A program made the position numbers and the translations under genes. From positions 1 to 33,680 of the IMG/VR virus record IMGVR_UViG_2526164670_000016: a stretch of DNA of 33,680 nucleotides; one strand, 5' to 3'. Origin of the DNA: a virus (lineage: Duplodnaviria > Heunggongvirae > Uroviricota > Caudoviricetes). Below the pieces are notes generated by a model. That model ran no database searches, was not told the origin of the DNA, and worked only from the letters and a program-made list of their open reading frames with translations. Below are positions 26,429 to 33,680 of the stretch, piece by piece (position 1 is the first letter of the stretch; each line of letters opens with the position of its first letter).

Positions 26429-28927
26429 TTACTCTATCGCCTTTCTCCAGCGACTGAGCAACTCATCAACTCTATGCCTTGCCAGCGTTTTACGCCAGTT
26501 CATATCCGCACCGGTCACAATCAACTCCCCTGTAATTTGGTTGGCACGGTAAGTAGTATCAAGCGCAGTCACTTCTCTCCCTTGTACCAGCTTTAGCACT
26601 TGCACAGGTGTGATTTGGATCTTTCTTAACTTCGCCCAATCCAGTACCTGAGCAACTAGGGCTGTAACGTTCTTATCTACTACGCTTTCTTCCTGGCGGA
26701 GCGCATACGCGGCTTTTAAATAGCTTTCCGCTCTAGCTCGGTTATATTCGGTGCACTCACCCACAGTGATACTGTACGCAAGTGACTCAAACTCATCTGC
26801 TGCTGAAACACGCTGCGTTTGTTTGTGGATTTTCAGGCCTTCAGCAATCTCTTTTTTCTGTTCCCACCTTAATTTGCCGATTTCAAATTGCTCTGGAGAT
26901 TCATCCCTAGTCGGCAAAGTCAGATCTGGCCGATAAACAACCTGGCAATCTGTTTGTTTTTTGTACTCAGTACAGTTATTGACACGAGTCCTAGAGGGCG
27001 CAGACGCGCCCTTAAGGTCAACAGCAAGGTCAACGGCCTTGCCTGAATCGTTAATAATCTCCGGTTTCTTACGCACAATCCGATAAGAATGTAGGCGGGT
27101 TTCAACTGGCGGCATGAAGATGTGAGGCATCACCAGTCCTTTAATTAAGGTCTGGTATTCACCGTGATCGTTTGGCTGGTCTTTTTGTTGATACCAGATG
27201 CGCAGTGGCAGATCACAACGGGCAACCAACGCCCCACCCTGCAATTGGGTGTATTGCTGCCAGTCGCCAGCATCCGCTGCACGGTGCAGCTCGGCAAACA
27301 ACGGGTTAATCTGGTCTGCCTTTTCCTGATTGCGGAATCGACGTAGCTCGCGCCAGACTGAAACAGGCGCACCACCAAGGAACTGGAATTGACGAATACC
27401 CCAGCATGATGCCCAGGCCGTCGCATGTTTTGAGGTTTCTTTTAATGGTCTGCCGTTCTCGTCATCTGTTTCACCGTCGAGCGCGTAACCATCAATATTC
27501 TTGCTGATATACTTCACCACATAACCGGTGGCGCTTCCGATTTCATGATCGATAGGCTTCATTTCGAAACGTGGACGAATGCCATGCTTACCCTGCAATT
27601 CGTCCTCATCCTCGCGGGTGGCGTAGTCCTTCATCACTTCCAACAATTCAGCTGAATGTTCTGGTAAGGAAAACAGAAGACCATGCCAGTGTGGCGTTCC
27701 GTCGTGGTGAGATTCAGCCACGCGAAGCCCAAACACCTGAATATCGCGGCGGGCCAACTCAGCGCGGATCTGTTGCCAGACTCGATTAAGATAACGTTGC
27801 GTGGTTCTTGGACTGGCCCCGTTCCATTTGCCATTACGATGACCGAAGACGGTATAGGCATGATATTTGGAAGGTGCTGTCATGGTGAAAAACTGCCCTG
27901 CATAGCCACTTTCGGTAGCGACTTTCTCGAAGCCACCGATGCGAGTCATAAGCTCAACGCGGCGCAAAGCTGGGTTAGATATGCTCTTATCTATTTGCTC
28001 AATGAGTGAAATGCGTTCTTTGGTTTCCTGATCTTCCAGCTCAAGCCTGGCCATAATCGCCCGGCTGCGTTTCCGCCTAGTGTCCCACTCTTCAACATGA
28101 TGCTTACTGCAATATGGCGCAGCGCCTCGCTTCACATCACCAAAAGCGATGTGCAGATGTTCACGCCAGCGCGTGCCGTACTTTTTAAGATTTCGGTGCC
28201 AGTAGCGATCATCCAGCATCTTGCTGATACCGGTCGTCGCCTCATCAATAAACAATTTACCCCGGCAATACTTTTCCCAGTTCGGTGGCGTTAGAAAGAA
28301 AAGACGCGCAAGTTGTGCCGCCTCGGTGTAAAGGTATTCGGCATACCGGCGATCACTTTGCGTCTCTACCGTTTCGTGTACCTCGCTCAGCACCGACCGC
28401 ATATAGATCGCAATATCCTGCGCTAATAGTTCAACATCTTCCGGCGTGTAGTCCGGCAGCCTGTTGAATCTCTCAACTAAACCGTTAAGGGTATCAAATA
28501 CATGGTAAAGCGGGTTTAACTTTTTGAATGCTGTTTCAGCTTGTGATTTTGCGTCTTCGGTCATCGCAATTGCGTATTGAGCATTCACCATATTGATGGG
28601 CGGCAGCTCTCTGCGGATGATGTCTCTTACTGCCTGACGGGCAATATGTCGGCCCTTCATCGTGTGAATACTGTCAATGCGAGAAGCCAAGCGCAGGCGT
28701 ATAAAGCGAGGAAGTCTCGAAAGGGTAAGTTTCACCCACGACAAAAACTCTTGTTCTTGACCCAATTCGAATAGATCAACAACAGGAGTCTTATCAACAT
28801 AAATAGCTGCATTAGGCTTTTGCCACTCGTAATCGTAATTGATATCAGCAGCAGAATTAGACATACCCCTGCCGCCAACTAACTGGCGGCGATTGTTACT
28901 CGGCCGAACAAACGCGGAGTCTGTCAC
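26429..28927 (-). CDS. A: Replication initiation endonuclease (P2 gpA-like rolling-circle initiator), 832 aa from the GTG at 28927
   Basis: HUH motif (DGTPHWHGLLF) and catalytic tyrosine motif (GYVVKYISKNIDGYALDG) as I recall from P2 gpA; GTGA overlap with the Dam stop, alternative ATG at 28864. Confidence 0.85.
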   Translation of the reverse strand: MTDSAFVRPSNNRRQLVGGRGMSNSAADINYDYEWQKPNAAIYVDKTPVVDLFELGQEQEFLSWVKLTLSRLPRFIRLRLASRIDSIHTMKGRHIARQAVRDIIRRELPPINMVNAQYAIAMTEDAKSQAETAFKKLNPLYHVFDTLNGLVERFNRLPDYTPEDVELLAQDIAIYMRSVLSEVHETVETQSDRRYAEYLYTEAAQLARLFFLTPPNWEKYCRGKLFIDEATTGISKMLDDRYWHRNLKKYGTRWREHLHIAFGDVKRGAAPYCSKHHVEEWDTRRKRSRAIMARLELEDQETKERISLIEQIDKSISNPALRRVELMTRIGGFEKVATESGYAGQFFTMTAPSKYHAYTVFGHRNGKWNGASPRTTQRYLNRVWQQIRAELARRDIQVFGLRVAESHHDGTPHWHGLLFSLPEHSAELLEVMKDYATREDEDELQGKHGIRPRFEMKPIDHEIGSATGYVVKYISKNIDGYALDGETDDENGRPLKETSKHATAWASCWGIRQFQFLGGAPVSVWRELRRFRNQEKADQINPLFAELHRAADAGDWQQYTQLQGGALVARCDLPLRIWYQQKDQPNDHGEYQTLIKGLVMPHIFMPPVETRLHSYRIVRKKPEIINDSGKAVDLAVDLKGASAPSRTRVNNCTEYKKQTDCQVVYRPDLTLPTRDESPEQFEIGKLRWEQKKEIAEGLKIHKQTQRVSAADEFESLAYSITVGECTEYNRARAESYLKAAYALRQEESVVDKNVTALVAQVLDWAKLRKIQITPVQVLKLVQGREVTALDTTYRANQITGELIVTGADMNWRKTLARHRVDELLSRWRKAIE

Positions 28928-29910
28928 CGCTCAGACTCCACGCCACATGTCGCAGCCGTTGCCAGCATTTCGTTATAGGTCGCGTTACCCATTACAGGGC
29001 CACAATCAGGGCAACCACCACCACCGGCACGACCACAGCCGCTACACAATTTGAGGACGCCGATCACTTCACTGGCGGCCCCTCGGGTAATGGCGTTCGC
29101 GCTAACAGAACGGTTAACGCTGATTTCCTGGAAGTTGAAACAGCGATAAATCTCGCGGGTGACTGGGGTGTCGCTATTGGACAGGATCACCGGCGAACCA
29201 GTAAGGCGGTTAATATCCAGCAGGACGGCAGCTAACTGGCGATGTTCTTTAATGCCAAACGGGGCTGTGTGATATTGGGTGAAATTAGCTGTTTCGCTTG
29301 TTGGCAGGTATGGCGGATCGCAGTAGATAACCGCGTCACTACCAATCATGATTTTTAACGTGCTCTGGAAATCGCAGCACACGAAAATGGCTTTCGTGTC
29401 GTTAGCTTTTTCAGAGAATAAACGGATCTGTTCTTCCGGGAAGTAAGGCGGGGTTTTGTGACGCCCAAAGGGAACGTTATATCCACCCTGTTGGTTGTAG
29501 CGTACTACGCCGTTATATCCGTGACGGTTCAGGTAAAGAAATTGTGCTGCACGAAGAATCTTGCCCGCGTCCGGCCCATCTTCAAACACACTGCGCAATG
29601 ACAGTAGGTCACGTGCGCGGGCGTTGAAATCATCGCGGATCCATTTATAGCCGTCTTTATCGCCGTACACTTTAAACAGTGGGCGAGCAGCGTCGATCAC
29701 CGCATCAGGCCAGCGGGTTATCTGGCGATACAGGTTAATTAAATCTGGGTTGATATCACCCAGGATATAACGGCGATATTCAGTATTGAGGAAAACAGAA
29801 GCACCGCCGACAAACGGTTCCACCAGGCAATCGGCTTTCGGCAGAATCGGCAGCAAATCAGGCATAACGCGGCCTTTACCACCGGGCCATTTAACGAGAG
29901 ATCGAATCAT
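28924..29910 (-). CDS. DNA adenine methyltransferase, Dam-like, with a Cys-rich C-terminal extension, 328 aa
   Basis: WPGGKGRV...EPFVGGASVF (SAM-binding) and IYCDPPY (catalytic DPPY) closely resemble E. coli Dam from memory; extra tail CSGCGRAGGGGCPDCGP; GGAG RBS before the ATG at 29910. Confidence 0.85.
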   Translation of the reverse strand: MIRSLVKWPGGKGRVMPDLLPILPKADCLVEPFVGGASVFLNTEYRRYILGDINPDLINLYRQITRWPDAVIDAARPLFKVYGDKDGYKWIRDDFNARARDLLSLRSVFEDGPDAGKILRAAQFLYLNRHGYNGVVRYNQQGGYNVPFGRHKTPPYFPEEQIRLFSEKANDTKAIFVCCDFQSTLKIMIGSDAVIYCDPPYLPTSETANFTQYHTAPFGIKEHRQLAAVLLDINRLTGSPVILSNSDTPVTREIYRCFNFQEISVNRSVSANAITRGAASEVIGVLKLCSGCGRAGGGGCPDCGPVMGNATYNEMLATAATCGVESER

Positions 29911-29980
29911 TTTTACTTTCTCCAGGGTGCAAGAAGCCCGACGCGTTAGCGCCTGTTTCTTTTTTGTGGGTAGTTAGTTG

Positions 29981-30376
29981 TTAATTTACTGCGTTATCTG
30001 GCGCGGGTGGTTTGTCGCGTATCGCCTGAATTTCGGCGCGTGGTGCGGCGTAGTCCTCAAATTCCCACGGCATTGATGCTGCAAATTCGGAAAGGCGCTT
30101 AATGCCCATCAAAAGGCACGTTTGCTCCTTTTCGGTTAGATTTTCGTAAGTACAACCCAGCTGTTTGGCGGTCAGCTTCGGCATTCCGACTATGTATCTG
30201 GACGCATCGTTTGCCAGGATGAAAATCACCTTTTTGCAGGCATCATCCAGGCGGTTAAAACGGGTTGCAGTGTCATTCACGCGTGAGGCGTTCAAACTGG
30301 CTTGCAGCCGCGCCCGTTGCTCTAAGAACTGGCGGCGACCTGGCTGTTGTTCTGTCTTATCCATCAACATAACCAC
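29981..30376 (-). CDS. Hypothetical early-operon protein, up to 131 aa (sits where P2 has gene B, but not recognised as B)
   Basis: ORF in the early operon between the 97-aa ORF and the Dam gene; several candidate starts; no family recognised. Confidence 0.4.
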   Translation of the reverse strand: MVMLMDKTEQQPGRRQFLEQRARLQASLNASRVNDTATRFNRLDDACKKVIFILANDASRYIVGMPKLTAKQLGCTYENLTEKEQTCLLMGIKRLSEFAASMPWEFEDYAAPRAEIQAIRDKPPAPDNAVN

Positions 30377-30385
30377 CTCCCCGAA

Positions 30386-30679
30386 CTACGCAAAGATGCC
30401 CATTAAGCGGGAAAACCAGCGGCGCTTATTACGCGGGCGCGACATGAACGGTACACGGTAGTTTTTAACAAATTGAACATCTAACGCTTTCGGCTGGAAG
30501 AACCTCCCGTCCGGGGTTTCAATCCAGCCACGTTGATGCTGACGGTGGGTGATCTGCTGGCCGTGGGTGAGCAGGCTGGCGAGTGAAGGGCACTGTGTTA
30601 AGTCCATGATGATCTCCGTCATATTGAAAAGATGCCGGGATATAACCCCACGCCCGGCACGTGTTTCCTGTGATAACAT
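30386..30679 (-). CDS. Hypothetical early-operon protein, 72-97 aa depending on start
   Basis: ORF with an internal ATG (MDLTQ...) preceded by GGAG; basic C-terminus; no family recognised. Confidence 0.3.
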   Translation of the reverse strand: MLSQETRAGRGVISRHLFNMTEIIMDLTQCPSLASLLTHGQQITHRQHQRGWIETPDGRFFQPKALDVQFVKNYRVPFMSRPRNKRRWFSRLMGIFA

Positions 30680-30745
30680 CGCTATGCCTGTGAAACTTTG
30701 GAGAGTGAATCAGGCATAACAATCACCAACACAGAAGGAGTTGTA

Positions 30746-31225
30746 ATGAAATTCAATGTATTTTTTAAAAAAGACCACGGATCACACTGGGTGCTTTCCG
30801 ATGGTGCCCCCCTCTTTGAAAGTCCACTATTTGAAACAAGACCTAAAGCCATTGATGACCTTGAGAACTTTGTAGGCCTTATGGAATCGCCAATCTTTAT
30901 TAAGGCTGGTGACGATATTAATTCTGGCGATACAGAAAACTGTCCATCTGTAGTTATTTCTTTAAAACAGCATGAATCGCTATGGGGCTGGGAATTATTT
31001 ATCTCAAAAAATGGACAACTGTCTAAAGTTACCGAAAGTTCAGGAAATGGCTTTGACTCATTAGAATTAGCAAAGCAAAATGCCCAGTTTTTCCTTAATG
31101 CCATTATCGACGCTCCTATTCTGGATCAAGCCGATGTCGCTATCCCCAGCATGCACTTCTCAAAATCTTTCGAGGAAACGCACCACATTGGTGACACTCA
31201 CCCATCTAGTAAATGGTTCAAATAA
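30746..31225 (+). CDS. YegP-like protein with two DUF1508-like repeats, 159 aa
   Basis: Strong RBS AAGGAG 6 nt before the ATG at 30746; two repeats (...HWVLSDGAPLFESPLFETRPKAIDDLENFV and ...WGWELFISKNGQLSKVTESSGNGFDSLELAKQNAQFF) resemble YegP from memory; low GC; opposite strand to the early operon. Confidence 0.5.
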   Translation: MKFNVFFKKDHGSHWVLSDGAPLFESPLFETRPKAIDDLENFVGLMESPIFIKAGDDINSGDTENCPSVVISLKQHESLWGWELFISKNGQLSKVTESSGNGFDSLELAKQNAQFFLNAIIDAPILDQADVAIPSMHFSKSFEETHHIGDTHPSSKWFK

Positions 31226-31229
31226 TCCA

Positions 31230-31586
31230 TCACTGTGGCGTTATCGTTTTTCTTGTGCGAGGTGGTACATCTCGCACGGTTTCTTCATCAACAATCAACT
31301 CATAAACTCTGATGCTGTTATCACCTTTTGATACGTCATCAAATACCTGAAAAAGAAAACTCATGAATTGCTCATAAGTGACGCTGGGTTCAACATACCC
31401 ACCTGTAACCTCAATTAATGGTGTTAGTCCTGAATTATCTGCTAACGAAACGCAGTCCAACTTATCCAAACGGAAAAAGTAATTACCGCAAGGTGTTCTT
31501 TTATCCTTAATCCGTATAAACACATTTGATAACGCTGTATGACTATCTGAGAGTTTAAAGATTTTTGCCGTGTCCATTTTATTCAA
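31230..31586 (-). CDS. Hypothetical protein, 118 aa, immediately downstream of cox
   Basis: AT-rich ORF in the position occupied by orf78 in P2; no family recognised. Confidence 0.35.
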   Translation of the reverse strand: MNKMDTAKIFKLSDSHTALSNVFIRIKDKRTPCGNYFFRLDKLDCVSLADNSGLTPLIEVTGGYVEPSVTYEQFMSFLFQVFDDVSKGDNSIRVYELIVDEETVRDVPPRTRKTITPQ

Positions 31587-31599
31587 CCCTGTAAGTTGC

Positions 31600-31875
31600 T
31601 TATGATGGATTGCCCAGACCCAACCACATTAACCACCCTTCCCTAATTTCCTTCGGGCGGCTCTCATACGCCATTTTCATGCCGTTGTTCCAGGCTGGAA
31701 GATAGACCCAGTACTCACCTGCCCGCCCGGAAGTTGATTGCGGATCGGTCATTTCAACTACAGGTAGCTTTCCTTTTTCAATCATCCCCTTCACCGCTGC
31801 CGGTGTTTTACCAATGAGTTTTGCGAACTCCTGATATGGGACGGCATCTGTGCTTAACGCGATCTGTTTAACCAT
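31600..31875 (-). CDS. cox: Cox (P2-type excisionase and transcriptional regulator), 91 aa
   Basis: Near-identical by memory to P2 Cox (...DAVPYQEFAKLIGK...GKLPVVEMTDPQSTSGRAGEYWVYLPAWNNG...AYESRPKEIREGWLMWLGLG); divergent from C. Confidence 0.85.
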   Translation of the reverse strand: MVKQIALSTDAVPYQEFAKLIGKTPAAVKGMIEKGKLPVVEMTDPQSTSGRAGEYWVYLPAWNNGMKMAYESRPKEIREGWLMWLGLGNPS

Positions 31876-31937
31876 TTAAGGCCCTCACAAGTTTAAGAAT
31901 CGTCACCAATGGCTTATAGTTGCTTTTGATGTTCATT

Positions 31938-31991
31938 TCTAAACATCAAACAGTCTACATCTAAATCAAATAGTATTGAGATCTAAACACC
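31938..31991. promoter_or_regulatory. Immunity switch region: three direct repeats of TCTAAA(C/T) spaced exactly 22 bp (starts 31938, 31960, 31982); candidate C-repressor operators overlapping the Pe/Pc promoters
   Basis: Direct repeats with two-helical-turn spacing in the cox-C intergenic region; P2 C is known to bind paired direct repeats flanking the early promoter -10. Confidence 0.45.
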
Positions 31992-32291
31992 ATGTCAAAC
32001 GCCTTAAACGAGAAAATTGTACTCATCAGAAAGTCTGAGTATCTCAGCAGACAGCAACTTGCTGATTTAACAGGCATTCCCTATGGCACTTTAAGTTATT
32101 ACGAAAGTGGTCGTTCTACACCGCCCACGGACGTAATGATGAGGATTTTGCAAATGCCCCAGTTCAGCAAATACACGTTGTGGTTTATGACCGATCAGGT
32201 TGCTCCCGAAGCCGGTCAGATAGCACCGGCCCTCGCACACTTTGGGCAAGATGTAACAACATCGCAGCACTCAGACCAAAAGATTGGTTAA
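31992..32291 (+). CDS. C: Immunity repressor C (P2-type), 99 aa
   Basis: Near-identical by memory to P2 C (MSN...EKIVL.RKSEYLSRQQLADLTG.PYGTLSYYESGRSTPPTDVMM); 99 aa as in P2; followed by int. Confidence 0.85.
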   Translation: MSNALNEKIVLIRKSEYLSRQQLADLTGIPYGTLSYYESGRSTPPTDVMMRILQMPQFSKYTLWFMTDQVAPEAGQIAPALAHFGQDVTTSQHSDQKIG

Positions 32292-32436
32292 CCATTCACC
32301 AGGCGCATCTTTATTACAAAATTTGTTTACTTGTTGCCAAATACAACAAGCACAACAAGTTTGTGAAATCTAAGCGCAAGGGAAAATTAACAGCAGCAAA
32401 GAAAACTCAACCTAGCACCATTCATTTGGGGGTCTT

Positions 32437-33221
32437 ATGACAATTAAGAAACTCGATGATGGTCGTTATGAAGTGGATATCAGACCTGCAGGGCGCAACG
32501 GAAAGCGCATCCGCAGGAAATTTGACAAGAAAAGTGAGGCTGTAGCTTTTGAGAAACACACTCAATACAACCATCACGATAAAGAATGGCTAGCTAAACC
32601 GACAGATAAGCGGCATCTGTCTGAATTAACAAAAGTCTGGTGGGATCTGAAAGGCAAGCATGAAGAACACGGAAAATCCAATTTGGGTAAGATTGAAATC
32701 TTTACCCGGATCACTGATGACCCTTGCGCGTTCCAGATAACCAAAGCGCTTATTAGCCAGTACAGCATGACTCGCAGAGGGCAAGGCATAAAACCGGCCA
32801 GTATTAACCGCGACCTTACCTGCCTGAGTGGTATGTTTACTGCGCTAATTGATGCGGAACTGTTTTTTGGCGAACACCCTTTCAGAGGGATGAAAAAGCT
32901 CAAGGAGCAGAAACCAGAAACAGGCTATCTGACGCAGGAAGAAATAACATTGTTACTTGCCAATCTTGACGGGGACAACAAGAAAATCGCGATCCTCTGT
33001 TTAAGTACCGGCGCTCGATGGGGTGAAGCCGCGAAACTGAAAGCTGAGAACGTAATACAGAATCGGGTGACGTTCGTTAAAACAAAGACGAACAAACCGC
33101 GCACAGTCCCTATCTCTGAGGAAGTTGCTGTAATGATTGCGGGTAAAGGTTATCTGTTCCCTGATGCCTCATATCCGAAGTTCAGGCGAACAATGAAAGA
33201 TGTAAAACCAGATCTACCGAG
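32437..33221 (+). pseudogene. int: Tyrosine integrase (P2 Int-like), 3'-truncated by IS insertion; about 261 of an expected ~337 aa retained
   Basis: N-terminal 260 aa strongly resemble P2 Int from memory up to ...KDVKPDLPS; after about 33221 the frame reads unrelated sequence (LYIDLCNCLILICS...) into the IS; the C-terminal catalytic region is absent. Confidence 0.8.
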
Positions 33222-33680
33222 CCTGTACATAGATTTGTGTAATTGCCTGATTTTGATATGTTCAATCCAGCATCAAATGAAGGTTAATTTATGGACGAAA
33301 AACAGTTACAGGCTCTGGCTAACGAACTGGCCAAAAACCTCAAAACCCCTGAAGACCTCAGTCAGTTTGATCGGCTGCTGAAAAAACTCAGCGTTGAAGC
33401 CGCTCTCAATGCTGAGATGACACACCATCTTGGGTATGAGAAAAATCAGTCCAGACCAGGAGCTAACTCCCGCAACGGTTATTCCACAAAGACCGTTATC
33501 ACAGGCGACGGTCCACTGGAACTGCGTACTCCGCGCGATCGTGACGGTACCTTCGAACCGCAACTGGTAAAGAAAAATCAGACCCGTATTACCGGGATGG
33601 ATAACCAGATCCTGTCGTTGTATGCCAAAGGGATGACCACCCGTGAGATAGCTACTGCGTTCAAAGAACTGTATGACGCA
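33221..33680 (+). mobile_element. IS256-family insertion sequence (IS1414/IS285-like), left end and 5' part; continues beyond the window
   Basis: Transposase ORF begins at 33291, about 70 bp inside the inferred left end; the boundary is placed where the integrase homology stops (plus or minus 10 bp). Confidence 0.7.
33291..33680 (+). CDS. IS256-family transposase, N-terminal 130 aa (partial, runs off the window)
   Basis: MDEKQLQALANELAKNLKTPEDLSQFDRLLKKL...NSRNGYSTKTVITGDGPLELRTPRDRDGTFEPQLVKKNQTRITGMDNQILSLYAKGMTTREI is the typical IS256/Mutator-like transposase N-terminus; no stop before the window end. Confidence 0.8.
   Translation, partial: MDEKQLQALANELAKNLKTPEDLSQFDRLLKKLSVEAALNAEMTHHLGYEKNQSRPGANSRNGYSTKTVITGDGPLELRTPRDRDGTFEPQLVKKNQTRITGMDNQILSLYAKGMTTREIATAFKELYDA

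Noticed and set aside
22870-26430. Search for the P2 cohesive-end (cos) sequence in the interval where it is expected
   Set aside because: I found no exact match by eye to the P2 cos sequence as I remember it (GGCGAGGCGGGGAAAGCAC); cos is left unannotated.
32180-32440. 86-aa ORF between the C repressor and int genes
   Set aside because: Starts inside the 3' end of C in another frame, has no RBS, and lies where P2 has only a short C-int spacer.
33306-33563. 85-aa minus-strand ORF inside the IS
   Set aside because: Antisense to the well-supported IS256-family transposase reading frame.

Overview
The window holds a chromosomal locus (yegQ plus the sRNA gene cyaR) followed by a P2-family prophage of about 31.7 kb, whose right end is cut by an IS256-family element that runs off the window. 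The prophage sits at what I recall as the 27-bp P2 att core, which here is the 3' end of cyaR (1507-1533). All calls are from reading the sequence and the ORF track; no searches were run. Layout, left to right: a minus-strand late region (2175-19465) with a tail/baseplate module that is not in P2 gene order, a lysis cassette embedded in the tail genes, and P2-type head genes L, M, N, O; then plus-strand P (large terminase), Q (portal) and an Ogr-type zinc-finger activator in an unusual position after Q. Between ogr and replication gene A (about 22870-26430) is a low-GC cargo island at the position I recall as the P2 anti-phage hotspot (old/tin locus). It carries a KAP-family P-loop NTPase, a GC-rich ORF of unknown function, and a two-gene operon (DUF488-like protein plus an unrecognised 203-aa partner). 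I consider that operon the best candidate for an undescribed defence system. The early operon (cox, small ORFs, Dam-like methyltransferase, A) contains a reverse-oriented YegP-like moron. The prophage is probably defective: the P2-like integrase lacks its catalytic C-terminus because of the IS insertion, and a small gp46/W-like baseplate gene carries a 1-nt frameshift. No tRNA, rRNA or CRISPR array was seen.
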